Positions 9,543 through 22,700 of a DNA stretch of 64,000 nucleotides are shown piece after piece. Within the stretch, counting starts at the first letter, position 1, and every line of letters starts with the position of its first letter. The notes under the pieces were generated by a model. The model was not told where the DNA came from. It saw nothing but the letters and a program-made list of their open reading frames with translations, and made no database searches. Location of the stretch: NCBI GenBank assembly GCA_000004985.1, contig GG738851.1. One strand, written 5' to 3'. Both the position numbers and the translations under genes were made by a program. The stretch is from Naegleria gruberi. Its lineage: Eukaryota.

Positions 9543-9680
9543 ATGCCTTGTCCTCATTGCTCCAAAGTTGCTCACAATCAACAATGTCCTTGTGAAGAGA
9601 AAGGAGTTTGTACATGCGAAAAGTGTGATTGTTCTCATTGCAAGAACATGCAAAGTAAGAATACAAAGAACATACAATAG
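9543..9680 (+). CDS. Candidate small cysteine-rich (metallothionein-like) protein, 45 aa
   Basis: ATG-initiated MPCPHCSKVAHNQQCPCEEKGVCTCEKCDCSHCKNMQSKNTKNIQ* has 10 Cys in CxC/CxxC/CPC arrays typical of metallothioneins. It is below the ORF-track length cutoff. A GTAAGA…CAATAG intron (9652..9677) near the 3' end is possible but not required. Confidence 0.3.
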   Translation: MPCPHCSKVAHNQQCPCEEKGVCTCEKCDCSHCKNMQSKNTKNIQ

Positions 9681-9888
9681 TTTCCTTTCTGTTTGTGACG
9701 CTCCACTAATAAAAAACACAATTCTTTAGTTGAATTGGCTAACTTTCATTAAATGTTATTCTTTGAATTGCAAAATGGAGGATATCTGGTAGTCATGATG
9801 AATTCCATCTTAATATTTAATTTTCAGTGAGCGCCAAAATCTTCCCGCCAATTTTTCATACATTTTTCAAAAAGAAAATCTCAAAACG

Positions 9889-12329
9889 ATGTCCTCATCA
9901 TCCTCCTCATCACCTCTGTCATCAGGAGGAGGTCATCAGCAACAAAATCAACAACAACAACAGCAACCCGAAGTAATGGGGTTTGATCATCATCATTATC
10001 ATATTAATGCATCTCCAGCCTTAACGTATGTGTTTACAAGTATAAATTTAATTAATAATTTGCTATCTTGTTTAATAGAAAGGAGGAAATTACTCAATTG
10101 ATGGATTTGATACATGATAAGGATTCTAGGATAAGAGATTTGGAGAAGGAATTGAATGAGAGCAATAAATTAGCTTCTGAAGTACAATATCGATTACTTG
10201 AAACAAAGCGAATAGTGGAAGATAGAGACCGAGGGCTGCTGAGTAGTTCCCTTCCCGAAGAATTCAAGCTGACACTTAAGAAACTAGAACTCGAAACACA
10301 ACATAAGGAGGCCCTGCTAAAGGAGAGAAAACAAATGAAATCCAGCCTCAAAAACTATAGGAACGAGAATAAGGAATTGAAGGAAAAGATTAACGAGTTT
10401 GAAAGAGCAAAGAACCAACCAGACCAAACTTCCCTTGAATTGTCACAACACAAACAAAAGGTTTCTGAATTGCAAACCCAAGTGGCCTACATTCAGGGTA
10501 AATTAGTGTTAGAGTTAAAGAGAAAGGAATGCGAAAATGAAGAAAAAGCATTGCTTCAAGCAGAAGTCAATAGATACAAAAAGATGGTAGAAGAAGGACA
10601 GAAAACCCTCGAAAATTTGAAACAGGAACAATTCAATACTCAGAGACTTTTAGCCCAAACTTCGGAGCAGAGCAAAAAATTGGAAGTACTAGGATTTGAA
10701 GCACGTAAGCTTCCATTAGTTGAGGAAAAACTAGGTTCATACAAATTACATTTGGAAAAGACAAAACAACAAAATACCGAGCTCACTCAACAATTACAAG
10801 AAGCTAGGAAATACATTGATGATCTTCAATCCGAAAGGGCTCAAAACAATTCCAATTTTCAAAAGGCAATTGGAACATTGGAGGAAGAGCTGGGTTATTA
10901 CAAATCTCAGCTTAAAAAGAAACAGGATGAGATTGAACACTATGGACTTCTCACAAAAGAGTTGGAAGCTGATATGGCAAAAAAGAAGGAAGAGCATAAT
11001 GAGATTGTAACCAAATATTACCTCGTCAAAGAGGAGCACGAAACTACAGTATCTCAAATTGGAGAATATCATCAAGAAGTTGCTGCTCTCAAGGTTCAAT
11101 TGACTCATTTTACAAAACTTCAATCTCAATACAATGCTCTCAGGGATGAATATGAAGTTTTGAAGAACCAAAATTTGAGTTTTGTTCAACGAGTTGCCGA
11201 AACTGAAACCGAATTGCTGGAAAAGAAGGAGCAAATAAGAACAACTTCTAGACAGCTCTCTGATAGAAAGAAAGAAAATAAGAAGGAAGCCATCTCCTAT
11301 CAACAAGACTTGAGGGAAGCCAACGATAAGATAAAAGAGCTCCTGCTAAAGCTATCCCATGCAGAGGATACTATTGATGATTTGAAGGATAAAATCAAAA
11401 ATGTGAACAAACAATTGGCCGAAACTCAAAAGTTAAATAAGATGGACAAGGATATGGTTAAAGATTATGTTGAAAAGATTGACCAACTCAATGAAGAGTC
11501 TAAGAAATTGTAAGTTTTAATGCATGAACTCAAATTGATTGTTTACTGTTTTTATAGGAACATTTCTGTTGCCAATTTGAAGAGAGCTCTCAAACAGAAA
11601 GAGGATGAAGTTGCAGGAAAAAACAACACTATTGATAGTTTAAAGAAAGAAAAGGAAAATGAACAAAAGAAAGCAACTGAATTGAGCTCCAAAGTGAAGG
11701 ACACTAATGAATATGAAGAAAAATTGAAAAAGTTCCAGAAATGCTCTTTGAGAAAAGATCAATTGATCAAGGAGCAGAAAGCATCTCTAACACTAACCCA
11801 AGACGAAAATAAGCGTCTAGTTGCATCTGTGTGTACATTGAAGAAAAAAACTGTGGAGATGGCTCAAGAATTCCAAAAGAGAGAAAAGGAGAAGGACAAG
11901 AAAATAGCAGAGTTGGAAGAGTTGCTCAAAGAGTTGAAAGACGAAAACGAAAGAAAGGATGAGGAAATTACTGAGATGAATTCTGATTTGAACGATATGG
12001 CCAAATCAATGGATTCTGATAAGAAACAAAGAGAATTAAGAATAAGAGAATTGGAAGATGAGATCAGAAACCTAAAAGAAACGAAGGATACTGAAATTAG
12101 ATTGTTAATTCAAAAGATTGAGCAACTGAAACGAGCCATTTCAGATTTCATTGACAAGGAAAAGAGGAAGGGTGAGGAAGAAATTATCAAAAAGCAAAAA
12201 GATATTGACACCTCATCAGATATGGACTTTTCAGTTCCATTAACGTTTGTCTCTGCCTCTGAATATGAAGAAATTATGAGCTCACTGAAGAAACCATCTC
12301 TTCACATTCTCAAACAACAACTCCTGTAA
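9889..12329 (+). CDS. Long coiled-coil protein (myosin-tail/golgin-like heptad-rich), 3 exons: join(9889..10025,10079..11509,11558..12329)
   Basis: Exon 1 is MSSSSSSSPLSSGGGHQQQNQQQQQQPEV…ASPALT. Intron 1 (10026..10078) is GTATGT…TTTAATAG. Exon 2 is a 477-aa E/K/Q/L-rich heptad sequence (…LEKELNESNKLASEVQYRLLETKR…). Intron 2 (11510..11557) is GTAAGT…TTTTATAG, fused in frame (…ESKKL|NISVANLKRALKQKEDE…) to a further 257 aa of coiled coil. Both introns were missed by the ORF track, which splits the gene into three ORFs. Confidence 0.75.
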
Positions 12330-12457
12330 ATATTTCCCTCTGTACCATCTAGACAACACCTCTAAGATTATTTAACATTCATTATTAACCAACTACCCAA
12401 CTATTTATTAACAATACATTTCAATTTAATAATATTATTAAATTAATATATTCTAAA

Positions 12458-14272
12458 ATGTTTAATTCATTACAATTCAAACCAAAGATTGAACACCATA
12501 AAAAAATGAGCAAGACACAATTTCGTGATTACTATGAAGTTCTCGGAGTGACGAAGGAAGCTACGAAGGAAGAAATTAGAAAAGCCTACAAGAAGCAAGC
12601 TTTAGTGTGGCATCCGGATCGTAACTTGGATAATCAAGAAGAAGCCACACATAAATTTAAAGAAATTCAAGATGCCTACGAAACACTCTTTGATGATAAC
12701 GAAAGAGCATGGTATGATGAGAATAAACACATCATCATGAAGGGAGGTATGGCAGCAGCTAAATCCGGAGCTTGTGATGATGATGTGGACAGAGAACCTG
12801 ATCAATTGAATTTGTGGAGTTATTTATCATCATCATGTTACACAACATTTAATAGCAATGATAAGGACAATTTCTTCAAGATTTATCAAACAGTTTTTGA
12901 TACCATTCTCAAGGAAGATGAAGAATATAAATCATCGAAAAAAGTTGGTGGAAGTTCAAGTAATAATGCTAATATTCAAAGTCCTTCATTTGGAGATGAA
13001 AATTCATCATTCGAACAGGTTAACAAATTCTATACCTATTGGTCAACTTATAGTACAAAGAGATCTTTTGCTTGGAAGGATAAGTATAGATTATCGGATG
13101 CAGAGAATAGATATATTAGAAGACAAATTGAGAAGGAAAATGAAATGGAAAGAAACAAAGCTAGAAAGGAATATAATGATTTGGTTAAGCATTTACTGAA
13201 GAAGGTTAAGGCAGACGATCCAAGAGTTAAAGCCGAAATGAAGAGAAGAAAAAAGATGCAAGATGAAATTGAAAAAAAGAAGGAAGAAGATAGACTTTTA
13301 CAAGAAAAGTTAAAGAAGGAATATTTGGCTGAAAAGGAAAGACTCAGACAACAATTGTTGAATGATGAATTTTCAGATGATGATGCTGATGTTCATGATG
13401 ATTTTTCAGATGAGGAAGAATATAATCGAGCTCAGGATGCTCTTGATGAGGTTGAGAATTTATATGATAATTTCTATGTTAGTGACACCAAGAAGAAGAA
13501 TAATAAGAATGGAAAGAAACAAGTTGTTGAAGAGGAGGATAACGAAGAGGAAGAACAACCAAGTGGAGAGCAGGAAAATGAAGAAAAACCTGCAGCAGCA
13601 ACTGCTGAAGAGGAAGAATTAGTTATTGAGGAAGAGGATAACAAGAAACCAACAAGTTCAGAACAAAAACCAGCAGAAAATGCAGAGGAAGCACAAAATG
13701 ATGACGATGACAACTTTTTCGGTGATAAGAAATCAAAGAAGGACAAAAAGAAGCAAAAGAAGCTCAAGAAGGGTATTGTCTATTTGGATCGTGAACAAAT
13801 TGAAATTCTCAAAGAATCTATCGAACAATCAAAACAACAGGAAAAGACTAAATCATCCTCAAAGAAAAAGTCAGGAAAGAAAAAGAAGGGAGACGATAGC
13901 GATGATGATTTTGTTCCAAAGTCAACCACTAAGAAGAATGCTGAACCAGCAAAGACAAACAAGGCAAACACTCCTTCCACTAAGCCAACTTCAAGCAAGT
14001 CAACGGAACCAAAAGCAAGCAGTAGCAATTCTGAAACAGTTCAACAAGAGGAGCAACAACCAACTGAAGAAACCACTGAACAAGATACAACAGAAAATGT
14101 TGCTGATGAAGTTGAAACGGGTGGAAAGAAGGATAAGAAGAAGCGTAGAGCCAAGGATAAAAAGGAAAAGAAGGACACTTCACTCAAGTGTAATGTTTGT
14201 GGTGAAGAATTTACCACCAGAAATTCTTTATTCCAACATATCAAAGATGAAGGCCATGCATTACATAAATAG
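12458..14272 (+). CDS. DnaJ (J-domain) protein with C-terminal C2H2 zinc finger, JJJ1/DNAJC21-like ribosome-biogenesis cochaperone; single exon (the second ATG at 12506, MSKTQFRDYYEVLGV, may be the real start)
   Basis: J domain: DYYEVLGVTKEATKEEIRKAYKKQALVWHPDRN…EATHKFKEIQDAYETL with the HPD motif. A long acidic/K-rich middle region follows. The C-terminal LKCNVCGEEFTTRNSLFQHIKDEGH is a C2H2 finger, as in JJJ1/DNAJC21. Confidence 0.85.
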   Translation: MFNSLQFKPKIEHHKKMSKTQFRDYYEVLGVTKEATKEEIRKAYKKQALVWHPDRNLDNQEEATHKFKEIQDAYETLFDDNERAWYDENKHIIMKGGMAAAKSGACDDDVDREPDQLNLWSYLSSSCYTTFNSNDKDNFFKIYQTVFDTILKEDEEYKSSKKVGGSSSNNANIQSPSFGDENSSFEQVNKFYTYWSTYSTKRSFAWKDKYRLSDAENRYIRRQIEKENEMERNKARKEYNDLVKHLLKKVKADDPRVKAEMKRRKKMQDEIEKKKEEDRLLQEKLKKEYLAEKERLRQQLLNDEFSDDDADVHDDFSDEEEYNRAQDALDEVENLYDNFYVSDTKKKNNKNGKKQVVEEEDNEEEEQPSGEQENEEKPAAATAEEEELVIEEEDNKKPTSSEQKPAENAEEAQNDDDDNFFGDKKSKKDKKKQKKLKKGIVYLDREQIEILKESIEQSKQQEKTKSSSKKKSGKKKKGDDSDDDFVPKSTTKKNAEPAKTNKANTPSTKPTSSKSTEPKASSSNSETVQQEEQQPTEETTEQDTTENVADEVETGGKKDKKKRRAKDKKEKKDTSLKCNVCGEEFTTRNSLFQHIKDEGHALHK

Positions 14273-14280
14273 TTCAAAAA

Positions 14281-15440
14281 TTACGATAATATGTCAATCC
14301 ATCCTTGAATTTTTGTCTCTGAAAAGAAGGTCTTATCCTTCCATAATTTCAGTACAATTCCAACCTTTTCTTTGATTTCCTTATTATTGATAGCTAAAGT
14401 TGCTTGCAAAATTCCAATCATTCGATCTTGAAGTAAATTTAAATAGTTGGCTGAATGTGAAGGATTGTGGAGTAAATCATTGAACACATAAATGCATGCA
14501 AGTTTCTGAATTGGATTACTGGTTTTTTTAGCTGCAGAGAATACTTGTTTTATGACCATGTCTATAATTGTCTCTGCATGATTTGAATAATCCAAACAAA
14601 ATCCCATCAAGTTCATTATTGAATTTCGTTTTGTATCAATATTTTGTAACAGTTTGATTAAATTATTGGACATTTCCTCGGTAAATTCTGTATTGACTGT
14701 ATTCATTTCGAGATAAAGTTACATATTTCTAACACTTTGAAAAACTTACAATTCTTTTCAATTTCACTATTTGTACACCATTGAATATTAATTGGTTCTC
14801 CTCCAAATCTTCTCTTTTGCATTGCATGCATGGCACACTCTGCATCATACCTTTTCATTTCCAAATAGAAAATATTTTCACTATCATGAGATCCAAAACA
14901 TTGATCAACACTTCCAAACCTCGAAAATTCATCCTCTATTTCCTCTAATGAAATTCTAACATTTGATATTTTCAAATAACCATTCTTTTTGGTCTTTTTA
15001 GGCATATTCTTATTGGAAATTTCATCAAGAAAATCATTCATTTTCCTCTTCTTTTCCATTGGTGTATTATTCCTTTCTGTAGAATTATTATTTACATTAT
15101 TATTTAAATTATTTAAATTATTAGTATTCAAATTGCCCATCATTAATTTTGGTTGATAAATCAATGATTGTTCCGAACTTGAATTCTTTTCATTCATCAG
15201 CGCCGATGATACTAGTACCTTCTCACCATCATTTGATGCTGCTGCTATTGTTATGCTTCCCATCTGTACACCACTCTTTTTAAACTTTGGTGCTGCACTC
15301 AAATATTTGGCAAGTGTTGAGGAGGATGAAGAGGTTCCGGTTTGTATTGCAACTTGTTCCGATTGTTCATTCAATTCATCAACATATTTTTTCAATACTG
15401 CCTCTGCATCTGCATGATCCGAGTTTGCTTTTGGAGGCAT
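14281..15440 (-). CDS. RNA-binding protein with RRM-like domain followed by a C-terminal CID/RPR (CTD-interacting) domain; 2 exons: complement(join(14281..14696,14750..15440))
   Basis: ATG 15440: MPPKANSDHADAEAVLKKYVDELNEQ…. The RRM-like segment is YLKISNVRISLEEIEDEFSRFGSVDQCF…IFYLEMKRYDAECAMHAMQKRRFGGEPINIQW. A 53-nt GTAAGT…ATACAG intron (14697..14749) fuses in frame (…EIEKN-F-NTEFTEEMSNNLIKLLQN…IYVFNDLLHNP…) to a CID/RPR domain. Alternative: without splicing, the two ORFs are separate genes whose stop and start overlap as ATGA (14703..14706). Confidence 0.7.
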
Positions 15441-15671
15441 TTTGTTTTTTAAATTGTATATTATTAAATAATTATTAAATATTGCTGATTTGGAAAAATT
15501 AGCTGATGATTCAATATCCATCACAGATGATGAAACAACATCAAATTGAAGTAAGAGCACAAGTAACAACTTCCAATTGTCAAATTTTCATTTCAAATAG
15601 AGTTGTGATATTTTCGGCAGCAACAAGTCTAGCTTTCACAAATGTTTCCTGTCAAACAATAATTAAAAAAA
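15441..15671. promoter_or_regulatory. Putative bidirectional promoter region between divergently oriented RRM-CID gene and Rho GTPase gene
   Basis: A 231-bp AT-rich spacer separates two head-to-head ATGs (15440 minus, 15672 plus). This is inferred from gene arrangement only; no motif is claimed. Confidence 0.35.
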
Positions 15672-16597
15672 ATGTCTAGTGATACTAAAGTAGTGATAGT
15701 TGGAGACGGTGCTATTGGAAAAACAAACTTTCTCTTGTCGTATGTATAACTTTAGACTAGTTTCTTATAGTTTCGAATAAAGTGGAGTAAACCATATCTT
15801 TCCTGAAGATTATAACCCAACAGTTGTTGATAACTTTGTAACGGAAACAACTTATAATGGTCGTACAGTCGGATTGACACTTTGGGATACAGGTTAGTAA
15901 TATTATTTATTGTAACAACTCAACATTTAAACTATTTAATTATTACAATAACAGCTGGTCAAGAAGACTTTGATGAACTCCGACATCTTTCATACTCAGG
16001 TTTGTACTCACGGAAATATTTTAATTTTTGACCTTTTTTCATCTAATTTTCGAAAATTTCCGTTTTTTTAATTAATATTTGTTGTTTTTCATTGTTGTTT
16101 CTGATTAGATACAAGTGTGTTTCTTATTGGTTTTGATGTTAGTAGTACGACAAGTTTGGAAAATATTCCTGTCAAGTGGATAAAAGAAGGTTAGTTTCTA
16201 TTAATAATTTCATCGAACCAACCAACAAAATATTCAAAAACATGAATCAAATTCGATTCAACAAACTCATTACATTATAATAGTTCGTCACTATTGTCCT
16301 GATACACCAATTGTACTTGTTGCACTCAAATGTGACTTGAGAGAGGATCCAGTCAAGGGTAAAGAATGTATTACATCCGAACAAGGAGAAGCTTTCAAGG
16401 AAAAGATTGGAGCTGTCTGTTATAGAGAATCATCTGCCAAACAACATAAGGGTATTGAGGAAATTTTCCAATTGTGTGCTCAAATTAAATTGGATCCTGA
16501 ATCTGTGGGCATTAAACCAAAGAATGCTTCATCGAATAATCAGAAATCCAATCAAAAGAAGGATGATGATAAGAAAGGTGGATGTTTAATGATGTAA
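15672..16597 (+). CDS. Rho/Rac-family small GTPase with C-terminal CaaX box (CLMM); 5 exons: join(15672..15739,15783..15892,15955..15999,16109..16189,16284..16597)
   Basis: MSSDTKVVIVGDGAIGKTNFLLS|GVNHIFPEDYNPTVVDNFVTETTYNGRTVGLTLWDT|AGQEDFDELRHLSYS|DTSVFLIGFDVSSTTSLENIPVKWIKE|VRHYCPDTPIVLVALKCDL…SAK…KKGGCLMM. The G1 (GDGAIGKT), G3 (WDTAGQE) and SAK motifs are present, with a polybasic-CaaX tail. Introns are GTATGT…AAAG, GTTAGT…AACAG, GTTTGT…GATTAG and GTTAGT…AATAG. The exon 1/2 junction is the least certain. Confidence 0.8.
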
Positions 16598-16701
16598 ATA
16601 TTTGAAACTTTACCATTTTGTAAAATAATAAATTCCAAATTCAATTTCATTGAATTTACCAACTTTTTTTATTGGTCTCTTAATAAACTGTTAAAAGATG
16701 T

Positions 16702-19700
16702 TTATTTGAAAACGATTTGTTCAAATTGTTCAACACTGGTGAATTTCAATAATTGGGTAGTGTAGAGAGTTGCAATGCCTTCAAGCTTGGATAATGCTTC
16801 CTGATCAATAGATTCCAATTTCTTGGACAATTTGACAATCCATTCTTCAGTGCTGGCATGTTTGATTGATTCCTTAATTGGCAAGCCTGATGGAGACTTT
16901 AAATGGTTTTGGAATGCATCAATTAGAGCAACAAATATCAGGGCAGGTCTTTGTGCATTGAACTTTTCTTCTTCAGAACCACTTGTGGTATTCTTAATGG
17001 TTGATACAACTCTTTCAATAACAATTTTCTTATAATGGTTCCATTCTTCTAGAGTCATCAAATAGAGAGATAATATGGCATTGTAGCTAATATTTTCCAA
17101 TTCAAGTGTTGTCTCCATGTCCGTGCTCAAAAAGCTTGTCAATAATGTTTCTTGTGTTTCTCTGTTCTTGTTGAGAGTATCCAAAATGTAGATACCCATT
17201 TGAATCATGAAAGGAATCAATTTAACTTGGTGAATAGCACTACCACCTCCAGAATCCTTTGAGAATGATTCTTCTTTAGCAAACTTGTTTAACAATAACA
17301 TCAAGTCGTGAGAGAGGAGATCAAAAGACTCTCTTCCAGTATTCTTTACGAGTGACAAATCTGATACGTACTTTTGAACAGCATTGGAATAATTGCTTGC
17401 TGAAGTCTTTGGACCCTTGAATGGGAAAAGGGCGTTACATTTGGTGAAAGAATTTCTGATTTGAGCACCTTCCCATTCTGTCTTTGGTGGATTTCTATTC
17501 TGGTCAGCGGTAACAGCAAGAGTGTGACAAGATGAGTGAATAGTATTAAATTGTGTAACTGAGGAGATGGCACTAGAGTTATCTGAAAGATAACAGTGCT
17601 TGCAGAACATGTAGGTTCCCAAAACTTCTTCTGGCTTGAAGCTATTACCATCACCACAAACAGAACACAAAATACCCTTGTCTTCCTCTTCTGCCTCATC
17701 AAAATTAAATGTAATCTTTGGTTGTTTCAATTGCTTGAGAGTCTTTTCACGTTTAGACATGGCTTTCTTCTTCTTTTCCTCTTTAGTACTCTTTCTAATG
17801 TTACTGATGATAGACTTGGATTGAGAGGATCCTTCTGCAATACTATTGAGAAGTGATTCAGCATATGTTGCAATCATCTTTTCCTCGGTATTTTCTTCAA
17901 TCTTGTGTAGAATTCTAAAGAGTGGTTCACTGTTGAGCAGATTATGAGTTGGAGAGTGGAACGTAACCAATCCTTGCAGCAAGTTAAGTGCATAAGGAAG
18001 TGCTGGTAAAGACAGTGATGATTTCCAATCTTGAGATTCTCCAAAGTGATTCAAAACAAAGTCCAGAGCTAACTTGGTGATACCCCTTTGAAGTATTTGA
18101 GTTTTAAGATTATTACCTGCAAAATCGTTTGGAATGCTGGTAACTACATTCACAAATGAGTCGAGATAGAACTTTTGCTTGGTAGTATTTTCAAATGTTT
18201 CAAACTTGAGATATGGCTCAAAATATTGAATTAGGTAATTCATTGGCTCCTCCAAACCATAGGTTAAGAAAGGTAATATGGATTGGACTGCTCCAACAAT
18301 CTTGGTGCTGCAAACTGGCAATCGTTCCAAGAACATTTTCAATTGTTCCAATATTTCCTCATTACTAATCTTGTACTTGTCTGATTTTCCAATAATATTT
18401 GGTGACATTGGTGATAAGTCTGATGAATCAACGTTGAAAATGTCAGCAGAGATAGGGCTAAGAGGACTACTCAAAGGACTTGCTGGTGTTTCATGACTCA
18501 TCTTGGTAGCCTCCTTGATGAGAGGTCTTATTACGAGGAGTAATAGTTCTGCAATTTCTGCCAAATCACCATGTTGGAAAACATATTTGCACTTGGAAAG
18601 TAGGCATTCAACAGAATCTATCATTAAAAATCTTCTTCTATTCAACTTGACATTAGTACAGTATTGCATGAATTGCAGAAGATTCTTGGCCAAGCTCTTA
18701 TCAGAGCTAAAATCTGTAATTGATCTTAAATAAGAAACCATAACTTCAATACCTCCATACTTGGAAATAATTCCTGTAATCTTACATCTTTGGGCAATAT
18801 TGATAGAATCATCTTCACTTGGGAGAGTATCCACATTATCTTCTGATGCTTCATCAATACCTTGGAATCTGTAAATAACTTCCATAGGAGCATTTGGAGT
18901 GCTACCTTCCATATTTCTTGTGAGCCAGACCTTTTCGTAAACTCTTGTAACTGGTAAGTTGAGAGCAATAATCTTGTTATTCACCAAAAGTTCGAATGGA
19001 ATATCTGAATGAATGGAGAGTTCCTCACAAATCTTATCCTTTACATCTGACATTAAAGCTGGTCCTCCAGAACTATTCTTAAAGTCTACAGAATTCCATG
19101 TTTGTCTTGACAGTCTTCCTTGGAAGTAGAATTCCTGGCTTGCTGCACGAACAAGTTTCAACTTGAAAACAGGTTCCTCCTTGATTGGTTGAATAATATT
19201 ATTCAATTTTTCAAAAACAAATAAGGCTGTTCTGTTATCACTGTAAAGTTTGAGAGTATCAACACAAGCAGCAATAAACAATTTCTTGTCATCTTCTGTA
19301 TCTTGAAGTTTTTCAGTGAGTGACTTGAGCATTTCATAACTGTCAGTTGTTGCCTTTGTTTTTTGAACAACAAGAGATTTGAGTGAGAGGAAACTTCCTA
19401 AAACTGTGCTAATATGTTGTTCGTTTGTCTTGAATTCTGTCAATATTTCTGGAATTATTAAGAATTCAGAGAGGAGAGAAACCAAAAAGTATAGACTGGA
19501 GCCAGTAGAAAGATCTTGACTTTGATTTGTGTTTGAATTTTCAAGTTTGTGTATGTAGCTCACTTCCTTCTTGAGCAACTTGCAAACAAAGCTCAAGAAG
19601 CCCTTACTTGAAAGTAATGTCTTTCTCTCTTCCTGTTTGACCAATTCATTGAAAAGTTTAAAGAAGCATGAAGATACCTCACCTCGTTTCATAGCTTCAG

Positions 19701-22700
19701 ATAATAGAGCAGTAAGAGCTTGGAGAATACCAATTTGTTTGTGTGAGTTGTCTAAACAAAGGGATTGTAATATTTGCAATGTCAATTCTCTCACAGTATT
19801 TGAGGAAAGGTTAAGGAGAGTATTGGAAAGGAATTCTCTACCTAGAATATCAAAGTCATTTCTTGGCAACTTCTTTGGAATTTGATTATTCTTGAACATT
19901 TCGAAAGTCATTTCTCCTTCCTTAACTTGATGATATCCAAAGTGTAATCCTCTCATTGGTACTACTGTTTGATCGGTAGTGCTGTGTTCTGAGGATGGTT
20001 TTGAATTTCCGTAAGAAATAAACTTTTGAAGAATAATCAAGCATGGTTTGATCATTTCTTCACAAATAATAACGGAAGAGCTGAACTTGGAGGTCTCTAA
20101 TAAAACCTCAAACAATAATTGGATTCTATTGTTAAAGAATGGATCTTTTTCATCAAAAGTTCTTTTCAAAAGTTCAGTAAGTGCTACCAATTGAGAGGTT
20201 ACATCGTAGCCCTTTAAAGTCTTTCGGCAGTACTTGACAATTTGTTCTTTGAGTTTGGAATTAACTTTTTCGCTGACTTGCTCATTTCCAAAGGATAGAC
20301 AAGTTAGCAATTTAAATGATTTTTCTTTCAATCCTCCTCTACTAATATTCTTGAATAGTTCTTCAACTAAATTGTCATTGAAATTTACGTCGTTATTGTC
20401 TTTAACTGTTAAGAAAAAGTCCATAACATTGGAAACAAAGTTATTTGCACAACCATAACACTTATTTTCGAACTGATTAGAAGATTGTGAACTTGTGCTT
20501 TCATGGTAATACTTCTTGTCTGATTGTCTGTTTGCAGAAATGTATTCTCTCAAATGCTTTCTTGTTGTGAGCATTAGCTTTTGGCAATGTGACAGCCCAC
20601 CATGGAGAGTCTTTGTTTCATTGTTATAAACATCTTGGAGAGAGGAAATAACTTCGGAGAGCTTTTGTTCCCCATAATCTCCTGTCTTTAACTTTACAAG
20701 CAGAGATTTAATCTCAGAACTCTTGGTCTTCAAAGCAGAAAGTTTAGCTTCACTTGAATTGAGTTGGTTGTCAATGATCTGTAAGGACTTTTTGCAATCA
20801 TCTTCATTTCTAATCTTGTCTCCAATGAATACTTGTTTGGCACTCAAAGAGAAGGCAAAAGTGGCAAACTTGCAAGTACCACAAGTGGAACAAATGAATG
20901 CGTCCAAGTTATCATAATTAATTCCCCTACAATTACTGCATGAAAATACATTTTCACCACATGAAAGACAAAGTCCATACTTGTCATAGACAGCAATTCC
21001 ACAAGAATCACAAAAGAGTGCATCCATAGAAGCCAAATCAAAGTAAAAGCTTGAAAATTCAACCAATAGGTTGCAACATGTAACTGGAACACTAAAAGTT
21101 AATGTGGCAGATTGCTCTCCTTTTGCAACATTCATTGTACCAGCCCTTTGCCAAACTGTTGAGTTTTTAGGTAAATCATTGGCGTCCAGTGCTTGGTTAT
21201 TGTTGAAATAAATTTCCACTGTTCTAATCATTTTGGATCTCTTAAAATCACTTATGTCAATTGACATTGATTCTATTGTGTAAGAATTAGAAAGCTTGTA
21301 GTAGTGAGATGAATGGGATTGTTTTTGACCTTGGATAATATCTTGTAAATTGAGTTCCTTGAAGTCAAGTTCAGGATCACTACAGACCAAACAAGGAGTT
21401 GTTTCCAAGTAATAACCAGAAGGTTCAACAGAAATATATTGTTGAATGGTATCATAAATGTAAGAATTAGGATGGTTACAAATCAATCCATTTTGTGATT
21501 GTAAACACTTGGCCAATTCATCAGCAATTAATTGCTTCTTTTCTGGATAGTGGTCATAGATTGGAATCAATAGGTTGTTCAAAAATTCTTTACCCTTCTT
21601 ACCGTAGTATGGCAAGGATTGAACTCTCTTTACGATGATGTTAAAAAGCATCTCCTTGTACTTGACACTGAATTGTACAAGTTTTGACATTAGGTGGGCA
21701 GCTTCTGCTCTGATTGTGTTTGTTTCTCCATTGAAAATAAAATCTACAAACTTATTTAACGTCTTTGCAGAGTGAGTAGTGATCAGAGAAGAAAGTTTTT
21801 GTAGAGTAGAGTCATTGTCTGATACAAAAGACATGTTCAGTAAAAGGAGAGGAATAGTAACGCTCTCATCCAATAAGAATGAAAACTCGAACAAGGCAGG
21901 CAAAACATTTTCATGTTCCATGCAGAAGTTGATCCAATTTTCTGGTCTTGCCTTGACACTATCCATAATATCGTTGACTTTAACTACTAATCTTCTTGCC
22001 TTTTCTGGTGACCAAACAGAGACAGGATCGGAACCATTGACAAAGTCTGACAGCTTGGACTTGAATAATTTTTCATCCATGAGTTTGTTGTAGAATTGCT
22101 CACTTCCACAAATCAAAAGAAGATTGTATTTTCCAATTGATCTGATGAATGGAGTTTCGTCTAGAGCAATGTTTGAGAAAAAGTTACTCCATTTTTGTTT
22201 GTCTGCTTCAATTACTGGTATTACATTAATAACATGTTTGAATAGTCTCAATACAACTTGTAAAACTATCTTGGGATAGGATGCAAATACATCAGACTTA
22301 TTTTCTTCCAGGTATGCCAATGAGAATATTGGAGAGAATAATCTGGTAGGAATTTCTTTTTGGCTTCTCAGTAAGCCTCCCATGATATCCTCAAAGTCAG
22401 CTTGATTTCCTGGAACAAACAATGCTAACATATCATCGCAAACAGACACCATGGATGTATGCAATTCAGGAATTGACTCTGTCAATAAATTACAAATTTC
22501 TTTTCTAAGTGAAGGAACAAACTTGGAATCAGAGGAGGTAGAAAGAAGAGAGGCAAGCATGGCCATGATGAGTGTTCTCTTCTCGCTTGCTGGGCTTTTC
22601 ATGGCGAGATTATTCAACAAGTCTGTAAAATTAAATGCTAATGAGCGAATAAATGTTGAAATACTTGTTTCATACTCATCTTCTTTCAAATTCGAACAGT

